From assembly GCA_000320545.1 (NCBI GenBank), contig ADNK01001130.1, positions 92,830-156,829 of the forward strand: a DNA stretch of 64,000 bases, in the 5' to 3' direction. This DNA comes from Bigelowiella natans CCMP2755 (lineage: Eukaryota; Protista; Cercozoa). Under the pieces are notes generated by a model that was not told where the DNA came from, did not search any database, and was given only the letters and a program-made list of their open reading frames with translations. Positions 13,932-27,300 of this stretch are shown piece after piece. Every line of letters starts with the position of its first letter. The first letter of the stretch is position 1. Position numbers and translations under genes: made by a program.

Positions 13932-14482
13932 CACATTAGGCTAGGTGCTCATGTGTGGGCGACGGGCAGCTTCTTCCTCCTCCAGCTCGTAGGAAGCCGA
14001 AAAGATAGGCTATCCTGCTATTACCGACATTTTTATTGGAAGAACTTATTTTTTTTAATTTAGTAATAAAATGCGATTAATAAAATGCTATTTCATGCAT
14101 GTGCTGAGATGTACTCCTAACAATGAGCGCTACGTGTGGCAACTTTGGAAGGAAATCCTATGGTGCGTGCATTGTTTACTCACCTGAGATCTATGTGAAG
14201 AGTAGTAGTAGGTCAACTACGTCTAACGACATCGTGGTTCTCTTTCTTTTTGCAGTTGCCGCTTCTTCCTCTTCTCCTTCGTTTGTGCCGAGTACAACAT
14301 GGTCGAATTTCCATCCTAAGACAAGCATGAGGCCAAGTCGTAGAGGAGAAGTGTCGCCTTCTGTGCTTTCAGTCTGTGTGTCATGAGCAAGGACATGCCT
14401 CTATCTTGGAGTGAGTTTTGGAGAGAGCACTGTTCCTTGTGTCGCTGTCCCAAAATTCCCTGCAAATCGATCGTCCGACATC

Positions 14483-15136
14483 ATGAGCATCATGTCTTCG
14501 CACAACAAACAACTTTCCGAGTTCCGTCTGCCGGCGCGCTTCCGGTTCCAGCCTCTTCGGGTCGCTCCCAGCTTCGACCATTGCGCGCACATATACAGTA
14601 GCATGCAAGCGGCCAAAATCTCATCTTCTAAACAAATTCCATCACCTTCTAACCTTGCAGTACCAAACTCTCCCGGAAAGCGTGTCGTGGAAAAAGGGAA
14701 GGGTGAAATCTCGAGTGGGGGAGTCGAAATACAAGCTTCAGACGTTGAACACAAATTTGGGAAGTCGCTCGAAAACTTTGTGCCTCGTCATTCAAATCCA
14801 ATGGTTCTTATAAATCCAATGAACAATGAGAGACGGTATGAAATTAAAAATATGCTACTCTCGAGCCCAGGCCCTCGCTCCTTCGCCTGGCAATCTACTG
14901 GGCTATCTAACATCGAACAAGAAAATCGATACCAATGGGAATATTATTTTGCTTGGAGATACGCTGCAAATGGGGAAGATGATGAAGAATTTCGGGAATT
15001 ATTGAGGACCGACACTAAAGAATATGTAAAATCTGAAAAACCGATGAGATTCCGTGAAAATTGCCGCTTCCACTGCGATTCTAAATGTCCCTGCAACGAA
15101 AGAAGAAACTGTGAAAATACCTGTGCCATTATTTAA
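14483..15136 (+). CDS. Hypothetical protein ending in a Cys-rich segment and CaaX box (CAII*)
   Basis: Open frame 14411-15136 with first in-frame ATG at 14483. It ends CRFHCDSKCPCNERRNCENTCAII*. Upstream spliced exons (e.g. from ATG 14123) are possible. No family recognised. Confidence 0.55.
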   Translation: MSIMSSHNKQLSEFRLPARFRFQPLRVAPSFDHCAHIYSSMQAAKISSSKQIPSPSNLAVPNSPGKRVVEKGKGEISSGGVEIQASDVEHKFGKSLENFVPRHSNPMVLINPMNNERRYEIKNMLLSSPGPRSFAWQSTGLSNIEQENRYQWEYYFAWRYAANGEDDEEFRELLRTDTKEYVKSEKPMRFRENCRFHCDSKCPCNERRNCENTCAII

Positions 15137-15169
15137 GTTAACTAGACCAATGATGACTACCGCTAAACA

Positions 15170-15870
15170 TTAGGATACATTCGGAGTTGTTAGAGTACAT
15201 GCAACTACTTAGTACTTCGAGATGCCAACGTGATGATAGCTAGCAAACAGCAAACAGGAGATTTCGAAGACTCATTAGCTAAGAGCAACTAGCATGTTCA
15301 CGTTCAAGAGTTACAAAACAAACTTCGTGGTGTCCATTACTGAGACAAATTTAATCATGTGCAAGATGGTGTGTCACATCATATATATAATGAGTACTTC
15401 TAGACTTATTCTATCCGCTCAGCGCTTAGCGAAAGGACGGTCACCATTTCAGTTTGTCTAGTTGTGCTGTCTAGCTGTCCTGAATCTAGCAATATGTGCC
15501 TACGCCGCGGGCACATAACGCTCAGTTATTTGCAAGTAACAAGACGGCAGCGAGTTAATGCTGTACATGATGTTCCTTGCTTGCTAGCTTGTGTGACGAT
15601 AATTCTTGATAGTGTCGCGCTCGCATCGCTAGATCGCATCTCTAAATCTGACTAGCTGCGAGGATCAGCGCAATTCTAAAAGTACGTGTGCACTTAATAG
15701 TTTGAGCGCATGGGCGTGGCTGTATGTACACGCATTCTTTGCTAGTTTTGTGGCTGCATTATCAAAATCTCTAGATGTGTTGGGTGTGATCTATTTCTGG
15801 TGTCCCTCCAGAAGCAAACCCACCCTTCGTTGCATTAGCTAGCTCTAGCTTGACGCATCTTGCATGTGTA
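15170..15870. repeat. Palindrome-rich block in the CaaX-gene/TOR convergent gap
   Basis: Repeated AGCTAGC, CTAGCATG, TTGCTAGC, CGCTAGATCG and TAGCTAGCTCTAGCT. Confidence 0.7.
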
Positions 15871-16046
15871 CAATAGACAGAACAACTTCGATGCTAAATA
15901 GCTACTTTTTAATTATCAATATGACCTCAACAACAGCTTATACCATTCATGATATTGCATGCAGGAAGAACGCCATTGGATGCAATACCAGGCGAATGGT
16001 ATGCTCTGTGTATGTAATATTCTCATGGACTTCATTTCTCCTCGAT

Positions 16047-16785
16047 TTACCAGAAAGGGCACCATCCAATGTAACATTGACTTAGATTTGCGTGCGATGT
16101 TGCTTGACGGATCAACTTTTCCACTTGTTGAGGCACATTCAGCGGCTCACCTAAGATGTGTAGTACGAAAGACGAGGAGGTTGACACATGCTGTTGTCGT
16201 TGGACATGAGCATTACATAATCATGACTGTGCATCTCTCTATTCTTCTTCGCTGTTGCTTTTCGTCAAGAAAATGTAGTTATTACCGTCTCCAAAATCCT
16301 TCCCATCTAGCTTGTCAGCTATTCGTCCTATTACTTTAAGGGCTTTTTGATTCAAAACACCTGTCCCCCCTACCCCTTCTCTGTTATTATTGTTTTCCGT
16401 TGCGGCCGCTTCTTCCTCGCGGCCGAGAAGTGCTGCAGAGCTCTCAGAAAGCCCACTTCCCTGATCACCAGTAGAAACACAGATAGATATATCACATGCT
16501 TGTGCCATAAAAATGGCCAACTTCCTCCTCCTCCTCCTCCTTCTCCCCTAAAGCTTCACGCACCTTTTCATCGTCATCATTGTCATCTTCTTCAATCTCC
16601 TCCTTTTGCTCTGGATTCTCATGCAGGCGGCTAACTTTGGTTTGCAAGAGACGCCAATTTATGAGCGGATCATATACGAATGCCTCTAACACTGCCATGA
16701 CACTCTCCTTGTGTCCTCTTAACACACGCATCACCGCCTCGCACGTGGAACGGAAGTTTCCTTCAATTCCGCTTACCTAAGAATA

Positions 16786-16819
<34 letters not shown>

Positions 16820-17024
16820 GCTCCCTAAGAATTCTTCTAGTACCATCACGTGAAAGTAGGCTGTTACCTCCATTGCATTGATCAGCATTCGAGTGAGCCG
16901 GAAAGGAATTTTCTCAGGAAACTTTTCGCGCTGCATTGCCACCTGACAACAATTCATTGTGACGATGATGCTTGCTAAATGATGACTCACGGAATGACTT
17001 ACGAAGCTGCTTATGAGTCAACGT

Positions 17025-17063
<39 letters not shown>

Positions 17064-18313
17064 CATATTATATGTATGTATAGAGAGAGGCGAAAGATAT
17101 ATGACACTGACGATTGTACTGGTAATTTGGCAGAACTTAAACAGATGTGTACGCACCTCAAAGCAGTCACCGAAATCGATATGAATGATCTTTCCGGAGA
17201 ATTGATCCAGCATGAGGTTGCACGGGTGTCGGTCGCCCAGTCCCAAAATGTAGCCAACCATGCACATCACCGCGAGAGATCTTGTGTAATTCGTTCGCCT
17301 ATCAAGCCAAGTCTCCGAGTCCTGGCTTTTCAGCCAAAGCACATGGTACAAGTCCAGCCCAGAGGTGCGGCTAAGCGCGTACTCGAATACCTCGATCTTC
17401 TCTATCACTGTGAGCTGCTCGTACACGCGGTTGGAGAAGGCCTTGATCAGCATCGTTTCTACTTGAATCATGATTGCCCGCGCGTCTCTATACTCTTTGA
17501 TGAGAGAGTGCAGCGTGTCGCAGTTCTCTAGCCATTGGATCAGACCGGAGTTCGGAGCGAGAGGAATCACAGAGTACCTAAAGGCAGCAGCAGCAGCAGC
17601 ACACCATAACATAGAGCATAGAGCATCACAGAAAGAAGATGATCAACGAATGCCGATGTGATGGAAGTGACGACAAGCTCGGATATCGATCGACCAACTA
17701 CCTGTGGATGTTTAGGTTCTTTTGCGTAGTTTGATCATCTGTTGCCAGGAGAGTATTGACCAATCCAAACAGCTGCATAACCCTTTCATCTTGTCTAAGA
17801 TCCTCGTGGCCCTTGAGCAGGAACGAGTACTCGAGCTAAGATTGTAGCAGTAGTAGATCACGACAGATAAGATTCCAAGAGATGGGGGAGAGAGGAGGGA
17901 GAGAGGCGTTTTCATTTCGAAGACAGCCGTGATAAGCATGATTGAAATAGTATGATCTTGGTGTTCGATGCCATCATCATATTCGGTACTACTACTACTA
18001 CTACTACAACGACTACTCTCCGAGTCTTTTCCCCGCCCTCCTCATATGCATTTGATCATCATCAAATGGGTGAATGAATGATGCTGACGATGATTGATCT
18101 TACGATGGTGATGATGATAGTAGGTAAGTACTATTATTACCCCATCTGAGCCAATGATCGTCAGCTTTCTTGGTCTCTGTTTCGATTCGATCACTTTAAG
18201 GCGAGGCTCGAACCACGCAATGCGAGTGATTTTACCCTCCATTCCTTCGTCCACGCTGTATGTAGCAAGTAAAGTGCTGTTTATGTGATGTGTGTCTGTC
18301 TATCTGGGAGAGA

Positions 18314-18359
<46 letters not shown>

Positions 18360-18905
18360 GTTGTGCGTGCAAAATAGGCTATCTTTCTCTCTCCCCCCTC
18401 CCTTCCCTCTCCACATACCTGTTGCCGTACTCCTTGCTTCCTCCACCAAAATGCTGCAAGTGCTGATCTTGATCAACTCGAGCAGCAGCAGCGGCAGCAG
18501 CAGCAGCCCCGCCCTTGCTATGAAGATGTTGGTAGTAATGCTGCTCATCATTCCCTTTCATCAGCATGGCCACGCCTTCTCCCATGATAGGATACCCAAC
18601 TGCCGCTGCAGCAGCTGCATCAGCGGCTCGTACAGAATCTTGGTGTTGATGATATCTGATCGCAACAAATACAAATGATTATGGGAAAAACCGTCGTCGT
18701 CGTCGTCGTCGTCATTGCTATCATCCACTATCATCAAATACTAAAGTCTTTGAGTTGTTTGACTATCTGCAAATAGTTTGTACGCGGATCACGTCACATC
18801 ACAACATACGGAGAAAGAAAGAGGTGTTGTAGCTACTACAACCACCACTATTAGCAGCAGCTACTACTTGCGGCTGACACACACACACACACACACACAA
18901 GGTGC

Positions 18906-18946
<41 letters not shown>

Positions 18947-19372
18947 CTCTTTCTCGGCATTCGTATCAATACGTAAAATATGTTGTTGCGAGCGACATCA
19001 TTTTGACTTTGACGTTTTAACCAACCCCCCCACCCCCCTTAACCCAAAGTAAATGGTTATTACTGGTTTTGAAAGACGGTGTTGATGTTGGTACTGCTGC
19101 TGCTTGTATTATCGGATCCCCCCCCTCTCAACTTAGAAGAAGGCTGCATTCTCTTATTGCCACGACTAGCTGCTGTTCCTGCTGCTGCAGCAGCCGTTGC
19201 AAGAGCATGGGGTCTGATTAGATTGGCCGCAGATACGACTTTCTCGTATGTTCCCGGCACTGCTAGCTCAAGATGACGCACAGCTTTCAGCTTAGGAGAT
19301 GCATGGTGTAAATCTACGGTCACAAGCCGTTCTTTGTTCTTGTTGATACGTCTCCACACCTATGTATGATGA

Positions 19373-19404
<32 letters not shown>

Positions 19405-19994
19405 ATGATGATGATGGGTCAATACATTCGTAATCGTCATCACTAAAAGAGCTCTCTAAGGCGGTTCAAGCAGCACGTATGTGTGTACTCGCGGTACTAT
19501 TTTTTTTCTGGCCGTTTTTCCTCTTCTTCTTCTTCTTGCTCTTCTTCTTCTCTACTCCTTGTTTTTAGCCTCCTCTCACTCTCACATTGCAATAGGCGTC
19601 CCACGCTTGATTGAGGTCAGATTCGTTTGATGAAACTTTGTATCGGTCGAGCCACTCCTTAGCCTCTATCAGTTCTCTTCCGTAGCGTTGTTGAAACGCC
19701 ACCTCTCGCATCGTCTGTGGTCCTTTAGCCATCAACTGATGCAAAGGCTCCACAACCTGCAGCATGCCTTCGATATTGCGTTTGCCGAACCAGAACTTGG
19801 AGGCCTCTTCCAGCGCGTCGTGCCACATTTCATGCCATAAGATCGCAACCCGAATCAATTCACTCGATATCAGCTCAGCCTGTGGTGTTTGATCAGCACG
19901 GAGGTGATGTTGGTGGTGATGGTCATTAGCAGGAGGAGAACCAAATGCTATGTAGCATCAGAAACTGTAGATGTGCGTGTATACATATGTTTAC

Positions 19995-20035
<41 letters not shown>

Positions 20036-20624
20036 CGTCAGATTGCTCCTCTCCCCTGCTACTACCTGATCAACTAGCTTCTTCGAGTATTTCCGCATAT
20101 AGTTCATGACGCCCTCCGCAGCCTTTCTCCTGGCAGCAATTTGCGACTTTGAAGCGACGGTGAGGGGATAGATGAGCGCCTGAGGATGTTCTTTACCGAT
20201 CTTTCGTAGCAACTGCTCGACGAGCTTCCGGACACCTGGATCTACCGTGTAAATGCGAGCGATTATCTGTGGAATGACCGTCAGCCATGTATGGATAGAC
20301 GTTGTGTTGAAGCCCCGTGACAAAGCTGCATTGACCTTTCATATAGTGTGTAGAGCAGTCAGGGCAAAACCAACGAAATTTAAAAAAAAGAAGCGTGACA
20401 ACTCCACCGGGTTGTGCTGGGTTCTTAGTTTTTTTGCTGTGTTCTTAGTTTTTTAATGTAGTGTGAGATCGATGGCGATCGGTTGTGGCGATCGGTTGAG
20501 ACTTAATTAATGCTGTGATGATAATCATCATCACCACCACCACCACCACCGCCACCACCATTCTCATCATCATCATCATCTGCTACGGCAACTGATGAAC
20601 ATGCCTCTATTACTACTGCTCCAT

Positions 20625-20657
<33 letters not shown>

Positions 20658-20981
20658 GCACGCACTCAGACATAATATATACCTGTGGGTGCTCACTACC
20701 ACCATGACTAAACCATAAAGTAAGCAGCCGTAGCACGTCCTGTAGCGTCGATCGATTGGGTCCAGCCAGAGCGATGCAGCGGAAGAACCCTTCAATAGCC
20801 GCTATTACATGCTGGTATATTTTACGAGAAGATGCTGATGCCGTGGTAGCTGCAGCAGCACCACCACCACCATCAGCATCCTCTCCCTTCTTGGAATCTC
20901 CTCCCCCCCCCCCTCCTGCTGCTGGTGGAATCCTTTTAGCTTCCGCGTCCAAAAGGGACACCTATCGTCAAACAATGAGGC

Positions 20982-21014
<33 letters not shown>

Positions 21015-23068
21015 CATATACAGTTAATTCAGTTTTGTTACCTCCCGTGAAAGCAAAGCACGCACACAGACACACATAGAGAGAGAACGAAATACGAGGA
21101 AAAGACGTGATATAATCTGTGTTCCGCTTAATTGTTGGTTGGCCTTCTCGAAAAGATTGATGAATTGATGACAACAGTGACTTTGATGGTACGCATCAAG
21201 GGAGGAGGTCATCGCATCTTCTTCTTCTTCTTCTTCGTGCCGACTTTGAAAAAAAAGCAGACTTACAAGTCTAAAATGAACGGAGGCGTACGCATGCCAT
21301 GCGTCGTAAGAGTCCTTGCAGATCCTCGTAGCGAGGCGATACGCTTGCAGCACACGTTCGAGGTTGCTGGGAGAATCTCCACCGAGCTTCCGTCGCCATT
21401 CACCCAGAGTCAAATAGCACTCCATACGAGTGGTTTGCTGGGCTGCTGAATCGTCAGCAGCAGCTGCTGCTGCTGGTGATGCACTAGTCGATGCAGCGAC
21501 GAAGTCTGGATATGATGATGATGATGATGATGATGATAATAATGATGATGATGTTACCGCACCGCGTGGGGAGCGAGGACTCATTGGAGGGAGAAACACG
21601 GGTGTTGATGATGCACTGCCTCCACCGTGATGATGATGATGATATTGCGGCCTCGTGTCCTCTACGAGGGCTTCCAAACGTTCCAAAGCTTCACAAGAAT
21701 ACCTGATATCGTTGGTGAGATTAACGGTCAATGAGCTGATTGATTGAATGCAGCGAATGCAACGAACAATAGAACAACGACTCGCTTGGTTGCGTGCGTA
21801 GCAGTCGCTGACGAAGAAAAGGGGCGGGTAGAATCGATACGGAGATTGTAAGTATATCTATACTGCTGCTATACTACTACTATTACTACTACTACTACAA
21901 CTACTACTACTACCGGTACTAATACTATAGTGTGTGTGATGAATAACTAACAACCCGGCATCCCAGAGGTGTACAAGATATGCAAGACATAGCTTCGGAT
22001 ACGCAAACGGCAGCCTCACGCTCCTGGGATCGCTTCTCAGTAGGGCGTAATACCCACCGCTGCGGTCGTACTCTGCATGAACCTCATGATGGTAGAGTAG
22101 CCGATTAAACTTCTTCTTTTTCTCCTCGTGCAGCTGCTTTCCTAATCTTGCCGCTACAACGGCTGACACTGCTGCCATCGATGCAGAGGACGATTCTAGC
22201 AAGAACGGTGCCAAGGCTTGCAGCGACAGTGCGAGTCGCTGCGATTTGCGTGCCAGGGCCGAAAAGTCCACTATCGTGTCAATTTGCTCCTCCGGGTTCA
22301 GAACCAGCTTCCGAGCTGCTAAGATATGACGCCAAACCATGATGTTGCGTTGAGTGCCTCCTAGCCTATTCCGCCATAGTTGCTGGATGTGCACGCGCTC
22401 TTCGTCTCTTCGGGCCTTCTTGTAGGCAACAACTTCTTCCAGCTCAGCGAGGACCTGGACCTTGACCATATGCCCATAGGCGCGATTGTACGACTCAGCC
22501 ACGAGAGAACGCAGCTCAGGGAACACGGCTTTCCGTGCGATACTTATCAAGTTTAGTGCAGATTCGTATTCTTCCCTCTGAATTGCTAAGACGCACTTGA
22601 AGATGCACGTGTCCAATGTTCCATCTGGCATGCGCTTTACGTACTTGATCATGCCTTCCCAATCTCGAAGCTCCCACGCTGCACTCGCCCCAAACTTTGC
22701 CACGCTTAACACCTCTTTCTCTGACATCATCATCAAGTTGCTGACCCTTGAGGATGATGGCGTCGAGGGAGCAGCAGCATGCCAGCCAGTATTATCATCC
22801 CCATCATTATCGTCAGGTGGCAGCCGTGTCTTCCAGATATGATCACACATATTTGACATTCTTGACCATAACCCAAGAGCGTCTAGACAGCGCATTCTTC
22901 CCAGCGTGTGCTTGATACTGGCTTGGTCTCGAAGCTGCAACACCTCGTATTCTTCCAATGCATCTTCCCATCTCTGCAGCTTCTCGTACCTAGAGATAGT
23001 AGATTTACAACATATTATCATGGTAATGATATCCTGCTGATTCGAAGGAGGGGGACTAGAGAAATGAT

Positions 23069-23099
<31 letters not shown>

Positions 23100-23632
23100 A
23101 CACACGCACCATGTTGGTTGCAGCTCCATTCCTGCCATATCCTGTGCGCACTTGAGGATGCCGACTGCAGCGTCAGGCTGCTGCAGATCGTTGTTGATGC
23201 TGATGAGGGACTCAATTGTATCTTGCGGAGCGCTCTTAAATTCAATTTCCTTATAATGAAGTGCCTTAGCAAAGGCGTGGCATCTCTCCGCCAAACGGCC
23301 AAGCGTGGGTTGATCTTTGCTCTCATCTTGTAACAATGGCAATGCCCTTCCCTCTCTCTCCATGAACTCTGCAAGGTTTAACAGCACTTGGAGGACCTCA
23401 GGCGGCGTGGATGGCCTCAGTGCCGTCTCTAAGCTACGAATCAAATCGTCCTTCGATCGATCGCGGAGCTCACTCCACACGGAGAGGAAAGCAGCATTGA
23501 ATAAATCTCGTGCCAATGAGCGATCGCGCTTAGCCAAAGTGACACATGGCCGGAGGGATGTGGAAGGCGAGAACTCTAGCAGCTTTACCTGTGGTGCGTG
23601 AAGAGAGATGGTATTTACGGTGATGGTGATAC

Positions 23633-23665
<33 letters not shown>

Positions 23666-24345
23666 CGGTGATGATGATAGATGGTGATGGCAACAACGAC
23701 ATTCAAACTCTCACCACACCCCTCCTCCTTATTTTATCAATCCCCCCTCCTCTTGGAACTACTAGTACTCTCTGCTTCTTCTTCTTCTTCTACCATGAAG
23801 TTGGTCATCCACTGCTGCCAGTCTTCCTTCGATAGCTTGTTTTGGCATTCCCAAGCCTTTGAGAGCGCATTGACGTCGATGGTAAGCTTCGTTGACCTTT
23901 CAAAAATCGTGGGCTTTTCCCGTGCTGCCATCTCCCGGACGATCTTGCGCTCACGGTCCCAACTCAAATGCTTTTGGCCATTGAAGAGCGACAGAGCTTT
24001 GTTCAAATCAAATGTTGTGGGCGTCTCCCCTCTCATGATGATGTCTTTGAGAAGATCGTAGCTATCGACGCATGCCGCCAGTCTCGCTTTCTCCTTCTGA
24101 TCCCTCATCAATTGAGCGTTACGCGTCTGGACTTCTAGTGCTTTGTTGATCAAAGGCACGAAAAGCAGGAAATCCACACCAACTTGACGTATGACCGCCA
24201 AAAGCATCGCCATCACCTTGTCACGATGGTTCGAGTCCCTTGCTCCTGCCTATAAAACGGAGGTTCAGTGGAAGAAAGTAGATGGGGGGGGGGGAGACAC
24301 TTCGTGCTACTGTTACCCTACAACAACAACCTATATTACCAGCAA

Positions 24346-24378
<33 letters not shown>

Positions 24379-27300
24379 GAATAACTAAATATATGTAATT
24401 ACCAATATGCGAGCTGTAGGATGCACAATACATGAGATGTAGTCCCTGAAGTCTAGATTCGTACACAGCTTCCCCACCGTTTGTACGGCGGTCTCTCCCA
24501 CTGACTGAGCAACGTCTTGCGATTCGGCGAGCTTCATCAGGGTGGGGATCACTAAGTGCAGATACTCCTCCAGATTGCTACCAAATGTCTGCATCGTTTC
24601 TAGTATTCGTTGCTCCAAGTGATGATGATGCTTCGATTCGAAGAGATTCCCCTTGAGAAGAAGTTGATGATGGGGTTGTGACAAGACAAACACGAGAGGT
24701 GAGAATTTATATGCATGGGAGGTAATAATCATCATGCGATCGATCAATTTCACGCTGTATGTAGTTTGGATTAGTCAACGAAGTTGTGTGCATGATCACG
24801 TGTGATTATTAGACTCGTCATTACCCCTGAGGTAGCAGCAGCATTCGTTGAAGAGGACGATAAGTTACTGCTATTTGTCATCGTGACCGAAGCTGCTCCG
24901 GTGGCAATTGCTACTCCCCCCGCAGCCCCCCCGCCGCCCCCCACCCCGATATTCTTCTTCTTCTTATCATCTGCCGTCGCAACCAGCAGAGCAGCAGCAC
25001 CGGAGGGTGCTGGCGGAGGGCTACCATGCAAAGCTCTCAAGAAATGGGGTATGAGGTCCGGCAGGTAAAACTTGAATTCCTCTCGCAGCGCCAAAGAGAT
25101 TGTTTCCACGAGCGCTAAGACTTCGTGTGCCAACGCGCCGTCATACGTTCGAGAGCGTGTCCATCGAGTGTAGATTACCTCAAATATAGGGTGTAGGTAT
25201 GGTCGCATGTGCTTGCCCACGATCGATACCAACTCTTGAAGCCGCTCTAATACCTGGTGGTGGTGGTTGGTGGTGGTGGTGAAGAGGGTGAGATGTCATG
25301 CAACAGCAGCAACGAATAGGTAATAACACTTGAGAGCAATAGTATAAGATAGAAGTCATTCAAGCTTCAACAAACAACAACAACAAACAACAAACAGCAA
25401 ACAACAACAACGACACCAAGTTCGTAGTAGAGCAACGACAGCAGCAGCACCTGCTTTTGTAAGGCGATATTTTGTTCATCAGCCGTATTTCTCAGCACCG
25501 CAAGGAGAGTGGGTATTATCCTGGGCAAGAAAACAGCGCATTTGGGACCAAGGGATCGAAACACGTACGTGGCCGATTTCATCACAGAGTTATGCTGAGA
25601 AGAGAGCGTGGGGTCCGCTAGTACGCGCATTAAAGCGTTCATCGCCACTGTAGAGTAGTACTCGTCCAATGATCCAACCATGCTGGGAAGGAGGTATCGA
25701 TCGTCCGTCACACTAAAGATTTAAATAGTACAATTACCAGAGAAAAGAGCCAATCAACACTTTGTGCATTTTCACACACACACACACACACACAAATTCT
25801 GCAACATATCAGCAGGAAGGAACCCAAAAAAACCAACCTATCATCATCATCATCATCACCACCATCACCATCATCATTAAATGCACACATCACCATCATA
25901 CCGAGTTGGGTTGACAGACACCCGGCCAGCCCGCTCGTTGTCATTCCCCCCCCCCGCCTTCGCCGTTCGTGTACCGCCAGCTGCAGTAGTATTCTTATTC
26001 TTGTAGTAGTACATCTTGAGCAGAGCACGATGTGGCCCCATGGTGGTAGCAGACTGTCCTTTCCTATTAGCAGCCTCAATAGCTGCATCTCGTAGCTTAG
26101 CCTCGTTGATCTTGTGCTGGTAGGGGTCTAAGGCGCCCAGTATTCCTAACACCTTGAGAGCCTCCAGCCTCGCCTCCCACTTCACCTCAGTCGAGAGGAT
26201 CCTCAATAGGGTGGGGAGGAGCTCGGGATACTGCACGTATGGCAGAATCACATTGCCTGTGGCCCTTATGAGTTTCCCCAGCGCCTTCAAGACAACCTCC
26301 CTTTCTATGCTGTGCGCTTGGCCTCTATTCTTCAGATGTCCTAAAAGAAAGGGTAGCAAATCCGGAAGATATGCTCGGAGTTCCAATCCACCTACTTTCT
26401 CGAGCTTCCCAAGCGTTTCCACGACGCAAGAAACCACTCTTGGGTCTGCTGTTGCAGCCCCTGCTGTTGTCGTAGGCCCCATCTTCTTCAGCGAAGGAAG
26501 CAGCACTTTTAGAATGGCTGGCAGGTAAGGTTTGGTGAGCATTTCCGAGGATTCAACTAAGTGGCCTAGCAAACGGCAACTCTGCTCCTGACTCACAGAA
26601 TCGACGCCATATCTGGAAGAGAACGAGGAGGAGGAGGAGGAAGAGGAGGCAGGAAAGAAAGAAGAAGAAGAGGGAAGAGGCGAGGCACAGGTGAAGACAA
26701 GGCGGACAGACAAACACCACACACCCACACACACACACAGACACACACACACACACACATACACAGACAGACAGACACACACAGACACATATTAATGTAA
26801 TATATATACTTACTGGATCTGCGTGAGCAGGTGGATGAGGCTCTTCCTCAAGGACGGCATTACATATGCGGGGTTTTTCAGTGCTAAACGGCCAATGACT
26901 GATATTGCGGCTGCCCTGATTGGAAAGTTCTCATCGTTGAGCGCCACAAACAGTGCGTGTAGATTTTCTGCCTGTGCCAAGAAAGCATCGAATCTAGGAT
27001 GGAGAGCGTTGATCACAGTCTGCCGTATTCGTGGCATTGGATCCGCAACTCCTACGGTCAACAACTGCTCCAAGACGCGATATATCATAGCTCGATAATG
27101 CGTCTTGGCCAAATTAGCTTTGAGGTAGGGATCATTTGGACGCAATAAGAGGTTAGAGCATGCTACTGCTGCTGCCTCACGCACTGCTACCTTAGGGTGA
27201 TCCAAGTACCGGATAAGGCACTGACACACAAACCAAAGCAGCCGAATGTTATCGAAATTGAAGGTTCCTAATGTGTTTAGCGCGAGCCTCACGACAGCTG

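Noticed and set aside
18250-24765. Identical CACGCTGTATGTAG at 18252 and 24751 in TOR
   Set aside because: Both are minus-strand splice acceptors (CTACATACAG|CGTG); the similarity is short and explained by splice consensus.
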